From Anthoceros angustus (taxonomy: Eukaryota; Plantae; Anthocerotophyta): DNA of 64,000 nucleotides. The position numbers and the translations under genes are program-made. Location of the stretch: NCBI GenBank assembly GCA_010909165.1, contig VJWM01000025.1:2170001-2234000 (forward strand), written 5' to 3'. Shown here in pieces: positions 27,903-39,835 of the stretch. Every line of letters begins with the position of its first letter. Position 1 is the first letter of the stretch. Under the pieces are notes generated by a model. The model ran no database searches, was not told the origin of the DNA, and saw only the letters and a program-made list of their open reading frames with translations.

Positions 27903-28994
27903 ATGGGGAAGGTGTCCAAGTACATGTGCCTGGGATGCTGGAGCTCCGCCGGCCCGGCGCGGGTGGTGCGCGCTGATGGCCAGGTGCTGACACTGAGAAA
28001 GGCTACCACGGTTGGAGAGCTTCTGCGGCGGTTGAAGAGCGGAGATTACTACTACGTTTGCGAGGCATCCACTCCCGGGATGAACTCCCCGCTCTTCCCT
28101 CCTCCTCCGCCGGCTCGGATGGCGGACAATCCGCTCTTCGCACCAGCGTCTCCGGTGCAAGGAGGACCAAGGCTCCCGCTGGACGCGAAGCTGCAGCGCG
28201 GGCATCTGTACTTCATCTTGCCGCTGCCGTTGCCGGAGCAGGAGCGAGATCAGGAGATCGGAGTGGGGAACTTCCACAGTTACGCGCCGAACTCGCTGTC
28301 CAATCTGCTGAGGAGATCGTCCGGGGAGGATCCTTCCGGTCTGCAAAGATCAAGACGGGTCTCCGGATCCAGCAACTACGGCGGGAACCAAGGCGGAGCG
28401 CTCAAGTCCGCCAAAGCCAGGAGGATCTCCACCAAGATCTCGCCCGAGCTAGGCACAGCGTTCGATAGCGGCTCCAAGCCGGGCCCCGCACATCACCTCG
28501 TGTACAACCTGCTCACCAAGCAAGCTGTGGTGCAGAGCGGCAATTTGAAGCCGGTGATGAGGTCCTGGCAGGATCGGGCGGCGAATGCAAGTCCCGCAAA
28601 GTTCACCAGGAGAAGAAGACGCTCCTTGCGCGCCTACAGCGGCTCCTGGAAGCCGGACCTGCCTATCATATCGGAGGACGGGACGCTGGCCTCCTGCCTC
28701 TGCCCTGCGATGCTGTCCAGCGACACCGACGATGACTCCATCACTATGCTCCCAACTTCGCCCTCTGCGACTGTGCCCGCCTGCAGCAGCCCTTCGGCAA
28801 AGTATGCCCCTGCTGCCTGGAACATCACCGTTGCCATTGCCATTGTAATTGCCATAATTTTCTTCCTTCTTCCGCTTCTCTTCTCTTCTTTGGTTATCCG
28901 CCTAATCTATCCTTCCTTTCTTGGCAGGATTTTCAGACTGTCCAAGTCTCCCCGCAGCGATCTCAGTGGTCAGACCTCAGCTTATGTTATTTGA
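27903..28994 (+). CDS. PADRE-domain (DUF4228) protein
   Basis: MG..C N-terminus, ARVVRADGQV..TVGELL, LPLDAKLQRGHLYFILPL, SWKPDLPIISE; probable intron 28802-28927. Confidence 0.85.
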   Translation: MGKVSKYMCLGCWSSAGPARVVRADGQVLTLRKATTVGELLRRLKSGDYYYVCEASTPGMNSPLFPPPPPARMADNPLFAPASPVQGGPRLPLDAKLQRGHLYFILPLPLPEQERDQEIGVGNFHSYAPNSLSNLLRRSSGEDPSGLQRSRRVSGSSNYGGNQGGALKSAKARRISTKISPELGTAFDSGSKPGPAHHLVYNLLTKQAVVQSGNLKPVMRSWQDRAANASPAKFTRRRRRSLRAYSGSWKPDLPIISEDGTLASCLCPAMLSSDTDDDSITMLPTSPSATVPACSSPSAKYAPAAWNITVAIAIVIAIIFFLLPLLFSSLVIRLIYPSFLGRIFRLSKSPRSDLSGQTSAYVI

Positions 28995-29535
28995 CAAGTG
29001 CATCACATCTGCGAATCCACCTAATTTCATGCTCATCTTTCCAACCATCTCAGCTCAGCTCGTTGTCAAACTGTTGCAGCAACCTCACTGTGGCTTGGCA
29101 ATTTGAGCCTCACACTCTCCCTGGACTAAAAGTCTTCCCTAGACATTTCCCTTACACCTCAGGCGCTCTCCTCAAGGACTGCTGCCGATTTTGACTCAGT
29201 TGAGACTCCACTGCACCCATTTCGGTGCCTGTATTATAAATTGAAAAAAGGAAAAACTTTTAATTACTTGTAAAGATGTAGACGACTTAAGTCATAGCAA
29301 AAAGATGCCGTTGCCAGGCACCAGGAACATGCGTTGTTGTGAATTGGTTTGCACAAGGTTTGGGACTGGTGTATTGGACAAGTCTACAAGCTAGGGAGGC
29401 AAAATTCATCGCTGTACACTCGAGTCTCAGCTTTGCCTAGCTAGGTATTATATTACTAGTTTGATTGATTCATAGATCGACTGCTTGATACGTAGCGAAA
29501 TAGATCTTGCATAGATGCAATGCAATTTCTTGAAT

Positions 29536-32500
29536 CTAAGGCATCCGGGAAGAACCTTGACCTGCAGGAGCTTGGTGGTTCATGTTAGCAGCTGCATCTG
29601 CTGGTGTGTGACCCAGAAGGCCAGCAGAAGAGGCATCCGCCGACGATGTAGCAGTTCCAGCTGAGCCAGAAGTGCCTGGAATGGTGAATCTGGGAGCTTG
29701 AGTTGAGGGTCTCGGCTGTGGGAACATCATGGTTGCATTGCCCATGGCTGCACTGCCCAGGGGCACTCCTGGCCGGACAGCCAACATGTTGGGCACCATG
29801 GTCGGCCGAGGCAACAACCCAGCCTGGGAGCTTCCAAGGCCGGGAGGGCCGGGGCCCAGAATTGCAGCTCCCTTTCCCCCAGCCAGGTTACTGCCCCCTG
29901 AGAGAAGGGACGGTCTGGCTCCATGCAGCGCCGCCTGCTGCGGCCAAGCAGAACTAGCCCCTGAAACAACCCCTGGATGGGAGACCGATGCCCGCTGACC
30001 AGACACTGCAGGAGCTCCCAAGGTGCCTGCACTTGAAACAGCTGGGCCCCCAGCACCTTCTTGGGCTGCAGTGGCAAGCTTTGAAGCTGCAACTTCCTGG
30101 GCAGGAGCCGAACGCCCAGTAGCTGACTTTGAGTTAAATGGAGGTGGCAAATGAATCACAGCTGTAGGGGTTGGCGCTGACACAAGGGCTGCTTGTGATG
30201 GTTCTGCTGCGCCTGTGACTGAGCTCAGTTCCATGTCTGATGATGCATCCCGCATCTCCAAGTCACCCCTTTCCTCTGCTGGCTTTTCCGCATGCTCATT
30301 TGCAGTTGCCTGCTCAGGTTCTAGTTCCATGGGCTGTGCAAGAGCCACCATTCCTGTTGTCAGAGGCAAACCTGGCGAGAAACCTCTGATAGGACGACCC
30401 CCCCCAGAGTACTAACCTCTCCCACTTCCGTTTTCACTTCCTTCTCAGGAAGTGCAGACTTTGGCACATCCTCGTCTTCACTATCTTCATCCTGAACTCA
30501 CAACGTTACGTGAATCACGAGACCCGCACCAAAACCCACACACATCCGCGGTGCCAGGTTGGTGAAGACCAAGACGAGCACATGACATGGCAACAGGAAG
30601 ACTAACCATTGAGGCGGCATCTGTTGATTCCTGCTCCTCTTTCACTTTTGCCAATGTTCTTTCAATGTTAACCAACATCGGCCTCCTGAAAGGGCACAGC
30701 CAACTCAACCTCATGTTAGTACCTCAGCGCAAAGTACTTCCGCAACAAACTTTCCAAATGAGCTAATTTTGCCAGGACCTTGGAACGTAGTTGTCACTAG
30801 CAATGCTATCTCGGTGTCTAGGCCTGGGTCCTGGACCATCTTCCCCATCAGAATCTGAGAGTGATCCATCCCACACACGGCTTTTTCCTCGAGCATCCAT
30901 GTCTTCTTCGTCCTATAGAAGCAAGGAGAATTGAAAAAGAGATTCGGAACAATTCACATCACCTACAAAGTACAAATCCTAGTAAAAGAGATCGTGAAAA
31001 AAACAAACATTCTGCATATTTTACCTCTTCTGGGAATTCTGTGTCTGGAGGCCTATCATGAAAGGGAACACTAGGTACATGCTGTAACTTAGACAAATTT
31101 TCAAGCAACCTTTCCCTGCGGTAGACAACAAACCGCCATTTTAGACATGACATCACAGCCACAGGTATCGTTTCAAGTAACACTGTGCACTCTAATCCAG
31201 CACATCATGTACCTCACGCTGTCAAGGTAAGCTCTTGTATTTTGATTCTCCATGTTGCTAGGAGCGACATGAAGCGTGTAGTCAGGTCCAAAATACTCAT
31301 AGTAGTCATTGTAAGGCATCTTATCGTCGAGCTCAACTCCCACAGCTACCCCAGTCTGCAAGTCTAGAACAAGAAAACACGCTCGGAGATAATTACCATA
31401 GATATCCCAACTTCCTCACACAAAACCGAAAAGTATGTCATGGCCAGAACACAATCAAAGAGCTGTCGATATCTAGAAAACGAGCTGACTCCCTACAGGG
31501 CCTGGTAAAAGCAGAGAAGAACACTTCACTACGGCATGCATACCCCTCAAAGAACATAAGACATGCCACAAGCTGTTAATGAGGGGAAGTAAGGCGCACC
31601 TCATAGCACCAGCACCGAGCTACATTTCTGATCGTGTATCCACCACCTCCCACCAATAACAGGGGAACACCAAATGAGCGCATAAACCTCACACATTCAG
31701 CATGTCCCTTCACTGACAGGTTGAAGCAACCAAGTCTGTCTTCTGAAAGAGAGTCTGCTCCGCATTGCAGTACTACTGCCCCTGGGTCATATACTTGCAT
31801 CACCTTGGTGATAATAGGCTTAAATAAAGACTGGTAGCTGTCATCGTCGATACCATCATTGAGAGGAACATTCAAGGAATAGTACTTGCCCTTCCCATAT
31901 CCCACATCCCGAAGGTCCCCTGTGCCAGGAAAATAATCGCCAAATTTGTGAAATGATACAGTCATAACACGATCCGTTGTGTAGAAGGCTTCCTCCACTC
32001 CATCCCCGTGGTGAATATCAATATCAATGTAAAGAACCCGCTGCACAAATGTTGAAAGACAATGAGGAACATCGAAGAACACAATACTCAGAACCTACAA
32101 CTTCTTGCACAGTAGCACGTCGGGAAAACCCTAAGACACATCTGGCACAAGCTGGGGAACACAACGCCGCAACTTACAGGATGATACTTCAGAAGCTCCA
32201 AAATGGCCAGCACAATGTCATTCACATAACAAAATCCCGATGCCTCGCACTTCTTGGCATGGTGAAGCCCTCCAGCCCAATTGATAGCAATGTCAGAATG
32301 CAAGTGGTTCAGCTTCACTGCGCCCCCCACAGAACCCCCCGCATATATCTGGCAAAAGGAGTAAAGCCCATCGAAGACAGGACAGTCCTCACCGACGTTG
32401 AAACGCTTGAGCTGCCTCAGCTGCTCATGCTGTGTCTCAGGAGTGACTGTTCTCAAGAATGACACATAGTCGTCAGCATGAAATCTACAAAGATCCCGAT

Positions 32501-32708
32501 CCTTTGCTGGGTATGGCCGTAAAACCTCCATCTTCTGATGCACCCCATAGTGAACTAGCAGAGAATGTGCCATGCGTATTCGATGAGGCTTCATGGGGTG
32601 CCCCTGGCCATAGTAGTAGTTCCCCACTTCGGGATCATAAAAGTAGGCCACCCTTTTCTTCCTGCCCTCAGGCCCCGCTACTAGCGAATTTCCCGACCCG
32701 TCATTCAT
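29536..32708 (-). CDS. HDA19: Class I (RPD3-type) histone deacetylase, HDA19-like, multi-exon, long low-complexity C-terminus
   Basis: [99 protein letters not shown]. Confidence 0.95.
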
Positions 32709-33823
32709 GTTCCAAAACTGTGGGGAAACGAAATGGCCAAGTACCCACCAAGGGTCAAAGTTGTTCCACCTGCAAGAGCATCATTTCCATTCAAACAGTA
32801 AGTCAGTCAACTCAAGCTCCCCAAAGCCAGCCCAGCCCAACCCACCCCCACCCCGAACTTCAGCTTCTTGGTTTTCCCACTTCCGCCTAGAACCCAAGAA
32901 AAACTCCCCTTCCAGAACGAAACACCAAGATCCTGCTCCGTCCTCTCCCACCACCCAACTCCTCACCCACTCGTCCCAGCAATTGCTCCTCCCGCCCAAC
33001 AAGTGCCTGAATTTGTGGGCCACTCCTCCCTCGTCAACAGGCACAAAAAACGAACAGACTCCAGCGTCACCCAAGTCACTCACCCGCTGCACAACCATCA
33101 CTCCCGGCAACCAGCATCCGAAGGCGCCGAAAACCGCAAGCCGATGTGAGCGGGCGTAACTTCTGCTACAGCCCACAACCTGTACAGCGCCCAATGTGTT
33201 CACGCAGTCACAACGTGTACAGAGCCCGGCAGTCACTGCGCCCAGTCTTCTAGCTCTCAAAAGTCTCAGCTACACGCAACCCCGACACCTTCCCGCGGAT
33301 CGACCATGGCCGGACACCCTCTTCAGCTCATCGAGAATCCCAGGCCCCGGGACACCCCACAAATTTATAAGCGCCAAACGTACGTGGTAAAATCATTTTC
33401 CTCCATTCACTCGGTTTTACTTTAGTTCCCACATTGAATTTTTCTCAAGTTCATCTATACATATTAATTTTTATTTTCATCAAATATTAAAAAAAGTTAA
33501 CTATCTGCTATTGAAAGATCATTGTTAAGAGTTACCTATGTTCAAAACCTACTAAAGCTAAAAATACCTATTATTCCATCCATGATCTCATAAGGAGACC
33601 TAAAAATGTATCATCAAAGAGAATTTAACATTAAAAAATATATCTATCACTGAAGTTGTTAGACTAGGTGGGAAGCATTGCCAGCCATGGAGGTCATCTT
33701 GAACATAGCTTCTACCAAGGCCCTTTAAAGAATCAAAAACACACACTTGCTTATAAAATGCTATGAAATATGAAAGAAGCAACCCTACTCTGAGCTCACC
33801 TAGGGGTAGCTGGTTTACTTCGT

Positions 33824-33926
33824 GCCTACAAGGGTGATATGCCTTTGTAATATCCACGCCTACAAGGGTGATATGCCTTTGTAACATCCACGCCTACAAG
33901 GGTGATATGCCTTTGTAACATCCACG
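33824..33926. repeat. 3 x 34-bp tandem repeat GCCTACAAGGGTGATATGCCTTTGTAA(C/T)ATCCAC
   Basis: Directly visible. Confidence 0.95.
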
Positions 33927-34989
33927 GCTCGACAATTTAATTGAAGTCCATGGCCAAAGATCCATAGGTCTCCGGAATTTTGAATCTTTAGAGCAAGTCT
34001 ATGCTTAAATGATGAGAATGACACTACATAAGAACACTCTAGATTTTGATTGGAAAATAACTAGCTATTGAGGGAAGACGAAAGCCTCTCCCTCCAAAAT
34101 CTTTTCAACTTAGGATGGTTTAAAACACTATTTTTTTTCCTTTTAAGGAATCTATTTCAATTGACCATAACCTAGCCACTTCAGTCCTCAATCAGCCAAT
34201 TGAGCAAGAAAGGATGAGGCGCTGATTGTAAATAGTGGACGAGTCGACCCAAAAATGAAGGTAGTGTCTAATAATAGTAAGTGTAATTAATTATAATTAT
34301 ATTGAACAGGTCTCTTAAATATTGTATAATTTATGTATAATGATATACTTAATTTCTCTAACTACAACTGTGATTATATAAATATTTATTTATAACCTAT
34401 ATAATATATAATAAAAGAAAATGAATTTTGTATGAAAATAGAGACACGTAACTAAATTACAAAGGTAAAGAGCATGGCCGCATGGGCACATGTACAAGAA
34501 TGCCAACCTAGTAAAGAGAAGTTATCCACTTTCGACAAGTAGTAACTTGCCTAATTTATTTAGACCGATCTAAGGTGGACCGAAATTCAATCCACATTGA
34601 CTCTTTTGAGATAATTTTGATTTTTTCAGCACAAGATTATATTTTAATTCTTTCATAATATTTAAATTATATTTTAATATTTTAAATTTTGCAGAGTGTA
34701 CATGACGACATCATGCAGCACTCACCGAGAGCATGTGAAAACTTGGAAGTCCTTCAGCTGAAACGAGGACAACGTCGACTGAAGGAGAACCTAATCTTTC
34801 ATGGTTTTGATTGATTCCAACATCCGGGTACACAAGATCCCACACATTCGGTGAAGGATACGACGCTAACGTTTTTGATTTCTCGCACCAAGATATTCTT
34901 TGAGAAGAATGCAATAGAGCATGATGATGGAGTGCTTCGTTTGCGGCACCTAACCTTCAGGGGGCAAAACGGCCACATCCACATAATTA

Positions 34990-35930
34990 GAAACATGAAA
35001 TTGAATTGAAAGAGGTGATACCTTGCAAGAGAGACTTTATTTGCACAAGTAGCTTAGGACGAGGTTAGTGTGTGTTTTGCGCCGGGCTATGGTTCCTTCC
35101 TTCCTCGACAGAAAAGGGTAGAGCATTTTACAGGTGCGGCTAAGAAGAGAGTTAAACGTCTGCTTCTAACGCCCAGACTGGTTTCTGATCAGAAAAGGAT
35201 ACAGTCGCATTACAATCTCTGCATCTGCCAAGGCATGGAAGTTACAGAGGTGAAGATAACCGGCCGTACACAAGATCCCACACGTTCGGCTGAGGATGAA
35301 GCTTGATCCTGAGTGCTCTACCATTTGTACATCATAGAAGAGGCTGTGTTGTGCTAATTCAGCCAAGCAGCGATTCCTTGCACTGTGGAAGCAGTAGTAG
35401 AGGGACTTGGCGTGTTCGGAGGTGAGCCCCTCATCCATTAGGCCACGCGACCTGATCAACGATATCCGGTGTAATTTCTATCCTGTTGTGTCGCAGTTTA
35501 GTCATCAAAGCCTCCCAACTGTAGCCTCTGCAACTTCTTTAGTACAAACTCCTGAGTGTGTCCTGAAGAATGAACTTCTCCTGCATCCTGAATCAAAGAG
35601 GACTTCTCTTTATCGTACAAGAGATATATTGCGCTAAATTGATCGACGCATCGATATCCTGTGCTGATTGAGCCAAGCAGCAATGCCTTGGATAATGGAA
35701 GCAGAAGTAGAAGGACTGAGCGTGTAACCACCAAGAATGGTGTGCAGCAGAGCGAGAACGATGGCCTTACTGTATATTGCATGACATGCCTCACTCCACC
35801 TGAAACGCACCAACACCAACAGCAATTTAGACTTCTAAGCTACCTGAGCTACAGGCACGCTTAGTACAATGTCCCATCAGCAAGAAATGTGTTGCACAGT
35901 GCTCCTAAGGGAAGACATGTCCAACCAGGT
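34990..35930 (-). pseudogene. Two decayed CHIL 3'-end fragments (exon 4/3'UTR at ~34990-35415 and ~35640-35930)
   Basis: AGCCAAGCAGC..TGGAAGCAG..GTAGA.GGACT blocks match CHIL exon 4; 34997-35065 matches the region downstream of copy 2. Confidence 0.75.
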
Positions 35931-35980
35931 GTGCAGGTGTGCCCCTCAGTCTCACCGGTGATGCCATTGCTTTGGGCTCG

Positions 35981-36182
35981 TGGTTATTGTGTTCGCTCTG
36001 TTGGACACCATTTTTGGTGGGAATACGCTCAGTCCTTCTACTACAGTTTCCGCTGTCCAAGGCATTGCTGCTTGGCTCAATTAGCACAACACAGCCTGTC
36101 GATCATAGAGTTCAGCACAACATGCTAGTCCAGCTCCGGGCAAGCTCGTCCTCGATCTGCCATGGGTGGTTTGCAATTTCCA
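35981..36182 (+). pseudogene. Inverted CHIL exon-4 plus 3'UTR fragment
   Basis: Plus-strand VFALLDTIFGGNTLSPSTTVSAVQGIAAWLN* followed by the reverse complement of 37261-37315. Confidence 0.9.
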
Positions 36183-36189
36183 AAGTATG

Positions 36190-36760
36190 GCTTCAAAAAC
36201 CCACAAAAGCACCCACCTAGCACGCAGTAAGTCCACAAAGGTACTGCGCTCAGCGCCTGCACTTTCCTGTCCGAACTGTCATGGGTGGGCTCCTCCGGAT
36301 GGGGTGTAAAGCATGGCACGCCCACTACTTCCCACATAGCCTAGGGTTTCCAGGTAAGTAGGAAGAGTTACCGAAACTATCAAACTGTCGACCACTGGGA
36401 CCAGGATCTGACAAATCGTTGTTGCACACATTGAATGTGGACAAGTAGGCCAGTCTTGACCTGACGGACCTCATGTTCGTTTGGCAAAATGTGGATGCTT
36501 AGGAGATGCCCGCTGCAACCTTTTTGAGAGATTTTCAGAGAGAGATGTTGTGATTTGGACATCCATGATTGCAGGGTATGCATTGCATGGGCATGGTGAA
36601 GAAGCAAGAGGAAGGTCTCCTTTCAGCTGATCGTGTCTCATGTGCTTGCCTTCTGAAAGCATGTGCTTCGGTTGGAGCGGTTGGACAATGCAGCACCACC
36701 CTCATCAACAAAGCAAAATTCTGAGAGGAAGCCTTCAGAGCAACTAACTAGTACAACTAG
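36190..36760 (+). pseudogene. PLS-class PPR gene fragment
   Basis: [41 protein letters not shown] at ~36484-36606; flanks disrupted. Confidence 0.75.
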
Positions 36761-37375
36761 TATTAGCTGATGGTCTGCTTCGCACTGCAGACAGCATGTC
36801 TGCTACCACCTAAAACCCTAACGGATTCTCCACTCTCTCCTCCACCTCAAGGCCACCTCCACCATAAGCGCCGCATTTTCCACATCGTTGTTGTTCGACA
36901 TCCCGGGCACTTCGTGACAGCTGCGGCATTGCAGAGTCTACCTGCCCACTCCCCGTTCGTGTCTCTGTCTCCTGGCTCAGCAATCCTGGAACCCGCAGGC
37001 AGCAGAGGGGCTGTAAGGCACCTATTCAGGTGACCGCAAATGGGGGACGCAGTCACCATTCACGATTCATTGAATTCAGGTGACCGCGGCCCCCATTCAC
37101 GATACATACTGGCTCGAGAAAGAGTGTGATGAAGCGTCTGAGTGAATTGGGAGGCGTAGCTGCTCCCACAGGATCTGTGATCCACATATCGTAACCATAC
37201 TAGGTGGCAACAAGAAATTGAATCGAAAGGGGTGATCACATTGAAATATAGACTTTATTATTGCAAACCACCCATGGTAGCTCGAGCACGAGCTCGCCCG
37301 GAGCTGGACTAGCATTTGTACATTGTAGATGAGGGCATGTTGTGCTGAATTCTACGATCCAAAGCCTTTGTTGTG

Positions 37376-38360
37376 CTAATTGAGCCAAGCAGCAATGCCT
37401 TGGACAGTGGAAACAGTAGTAGAAGGACTAAGTGTATTCCCACCAAAAATGGTGTCCAGCAGAGCCGACACAATAGCCTCGTTAGAGATTGCATGAGATG
37501 CCTCAGCTCCATCTGCTTGCACCTGAAAACAGCAAGATCGACACCAGCTTAGACGTCTTAGTTGCAAGCTATGGAGAAGATATGTGTTTCGGTGACCATC
37601 AAGCTGTACAACCAGCTGTGCGGATGGTTGACATGCTGTGAACTTGACAATGTGGGTACCGTGAGGATGAGGAGGGACGGCGAGGGGAAGGCGTATAGCA
37701 CAGAGGAGCCCAGTTGGGTGATGGGCTTGAAGAATTGCAGAAGCTTCTGAAGAGCCTTGTCCTCGGCCTCCCCCAACTTGCCTTCCTTCAGCAGTCTCTC
37801 CTTGATGGAGGCCTCCACTTGGCTTCCGTAGTGAGGCCCTGGAACTGGACCCACAAGCAACCCAACCTTGACAAACTTCTCCACAGGCGCTGCAGGATCA
37901 TGACGTTATCAGACAAGGTCAGTCCTGAAGCCTGAGATGATCCGCATGAACTAGCAAACTTTTTGTGCATCTCGGCAATTGACGCAAGCTTCTGGAAACG
38001 TAATCCAATCACGGGCACCTTTGATCAAGGTGGTGAAGAAGGCGTTGTCATGTGCCAGATCCTGAGCAGACTTCCCTTTCCAGGCTTGCAGGTGGGAAGT
38101 GACATCTTTCTCTATGTACACATCCAACTGGGCCACTTTCACCTGGTTTCCTTCGATGTTCTTCTCCTCCACTCCTGCAAGCATGGCCAGACAGTATGTC
38201 ACAACTTGCCAATCCATGCCTGATCCTCCGGGGCTCGAATTGGTCAGAACAGAAAGAAAGTCGAGGAATCGGGATTGGTACCGTGGCCGGCTAGGTGCAG
38301 GGTCTTGGAGCAGCCGGCAGGGCCAGTGATGGTTGCCTGGAACTCCCCGGTCTGAGCCAT
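37376..38360 (-). CDS. CHIL: Chalcone isomerase-like protein, copy 2 (4 exons)
   Basis: MAQTGEFQATITGPAGCSKTLHLAGH|GVEEKN..HLQAWKGKS..|APVEKFVKV..|VQADG..AAWLN. Confidence 0.85.
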
Positions 38361-39229
38361 CACGTCCTGTTGGGAGTTCACCCAATGTTAATGACATGCA
38401 ACATACATCTGTAGATCATTGCCTGCAAAAACTCCAAAGTCCATCTCACTACGACAAACACAGATATCGGGGAGTATACTTCCGGGCTTGGAAGTAGTCT
38501 CGAGAACTGAGATAATGCCGGAGCGAGTTGGGTGCCTGGCTGCTGCTATCACAAGAATCCTGGAGAGCCTGAGCTTCAAATGCAATGAGATGAAAACGTT
38601 GCAGGAGACTCTTCTATCCTGGGACTCGGGAAGTCCAGTATTTGTATGTGTTCATCAGACTTGGCCGTTGAGCCCATTCCATCCAGTCAACTCGACTCTG
38701 ACATGCACTTACAGTTACAACAAAAAAACCGCGAAGGAGCTTGGAAATGGGTCTCTGCCAAGCGGGACCGCTGGACCACTGGACCAACGCCATCTCAGCT
38801 GCCCTCGCTTCCAGAACTTTGGCAGCCCAGCTCCTCATTCGCCCGTGAAACTCTGGAAGATGGATCTGGATTTGGTTCGTTCACCTACACGAACCAGCGG
38901 GGACCTGCCTCGAGCCATCTTGGCTACTGCATGACTGCAGAGTGCAGACGCCCTTGTCATTTCCCAATTTTAGGTTGGCTGTACAAGCACCAGGGATTCG
39001 TCCACCATCTTCCATCTCGTTTCTTTGTAGGCATTGCCCCAAGGTCATAGGGGGGTGGGGCACCATGCCAAAAAATCAGGATAAAAGACAGGCCATGTTT
39101 TGCTGAATAATCGCACAAGATATGATGATGAACTCTCAGTGGAGAATGACCAGCTTTAATGGCTTGCCGCACCATGGCTGCCAAAACACCATGTCTCGAA
39201 GTTCATGTCAAGTTATCAATCCAGTATCA

Positions 39230-39690
39230 CTCTCTCTATCGTCAGCACTGTCAGTTTTAGATCTGCTCCAAGAACCACTGTACTGTGAGGCTGGACGAAG
39301 GCAGGGGGCATTAGATAGACTGCGGCTTATGGTTAAGCAGCGCACTGTGGTGTGATAGTGAAAGTTTGGCTGACCTGGACGAAGGAAAGAGGATTCATGC
39401 CCAGGCCGTCAGAGTTGGGTGGACGTATCGCTGAGCATTGCAGTGATCAACATGGATGCGAAAACGTGGAGGCTGCACAATAGGTCGTTGGTGCATTACC
39501 AAAGCGCAATGGGTTCTCCCGGAATGCTCTGATTGGGTTCTGGATAAAGCCTTCCTACTCTTTGGTGTGCGCAGTAGGATGTGCTAGCAGACAATTGGAC
39601 TTTCGTTAGTGGGCAATCAAAGCATGTAGCAGCTTGGCACCAGTAGAGCGCTGGAGGTAGTAAGTGGACAACCAGTGAAGCAACACGGTT
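39230..39690 (+). pseudogene. Degenerate PPR fragment (duplication unit 1)
   Basis: LADLDEGKRIHAQAV; homologous to 41690-42160. Confidence 0.6.
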
Positions 39691-39835
39691 TGCATTCACA
39701 TTGAAATATAGACTTTATTATTGCAAACCACCCATGGTAGCTCGACCACGAGCTCGCTCGTAGCTGGACTAGCATTTGTACATTGTAGATGACGGCATGT
39801 TGTGCTAAATTCTGTGATCCAAAGCCCTTGTTGTG

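Noticed and set aside
28800-29194. Alternative-frame Cys/His-rich peptide (VCPCCLEHHRCHCHCNCH) after the PADRE domain
   Set aside because: Better explained as TTGCCA repeats inside a GT-AG intron
35665-35680. TGATTGAGCC similarity to the 5' end of miR171 (and GCCTGGCTCCCT at ~26967 to miR160)
   Set aside because: Only 10-12 nt match; the first is explained by CHIL coding sequence
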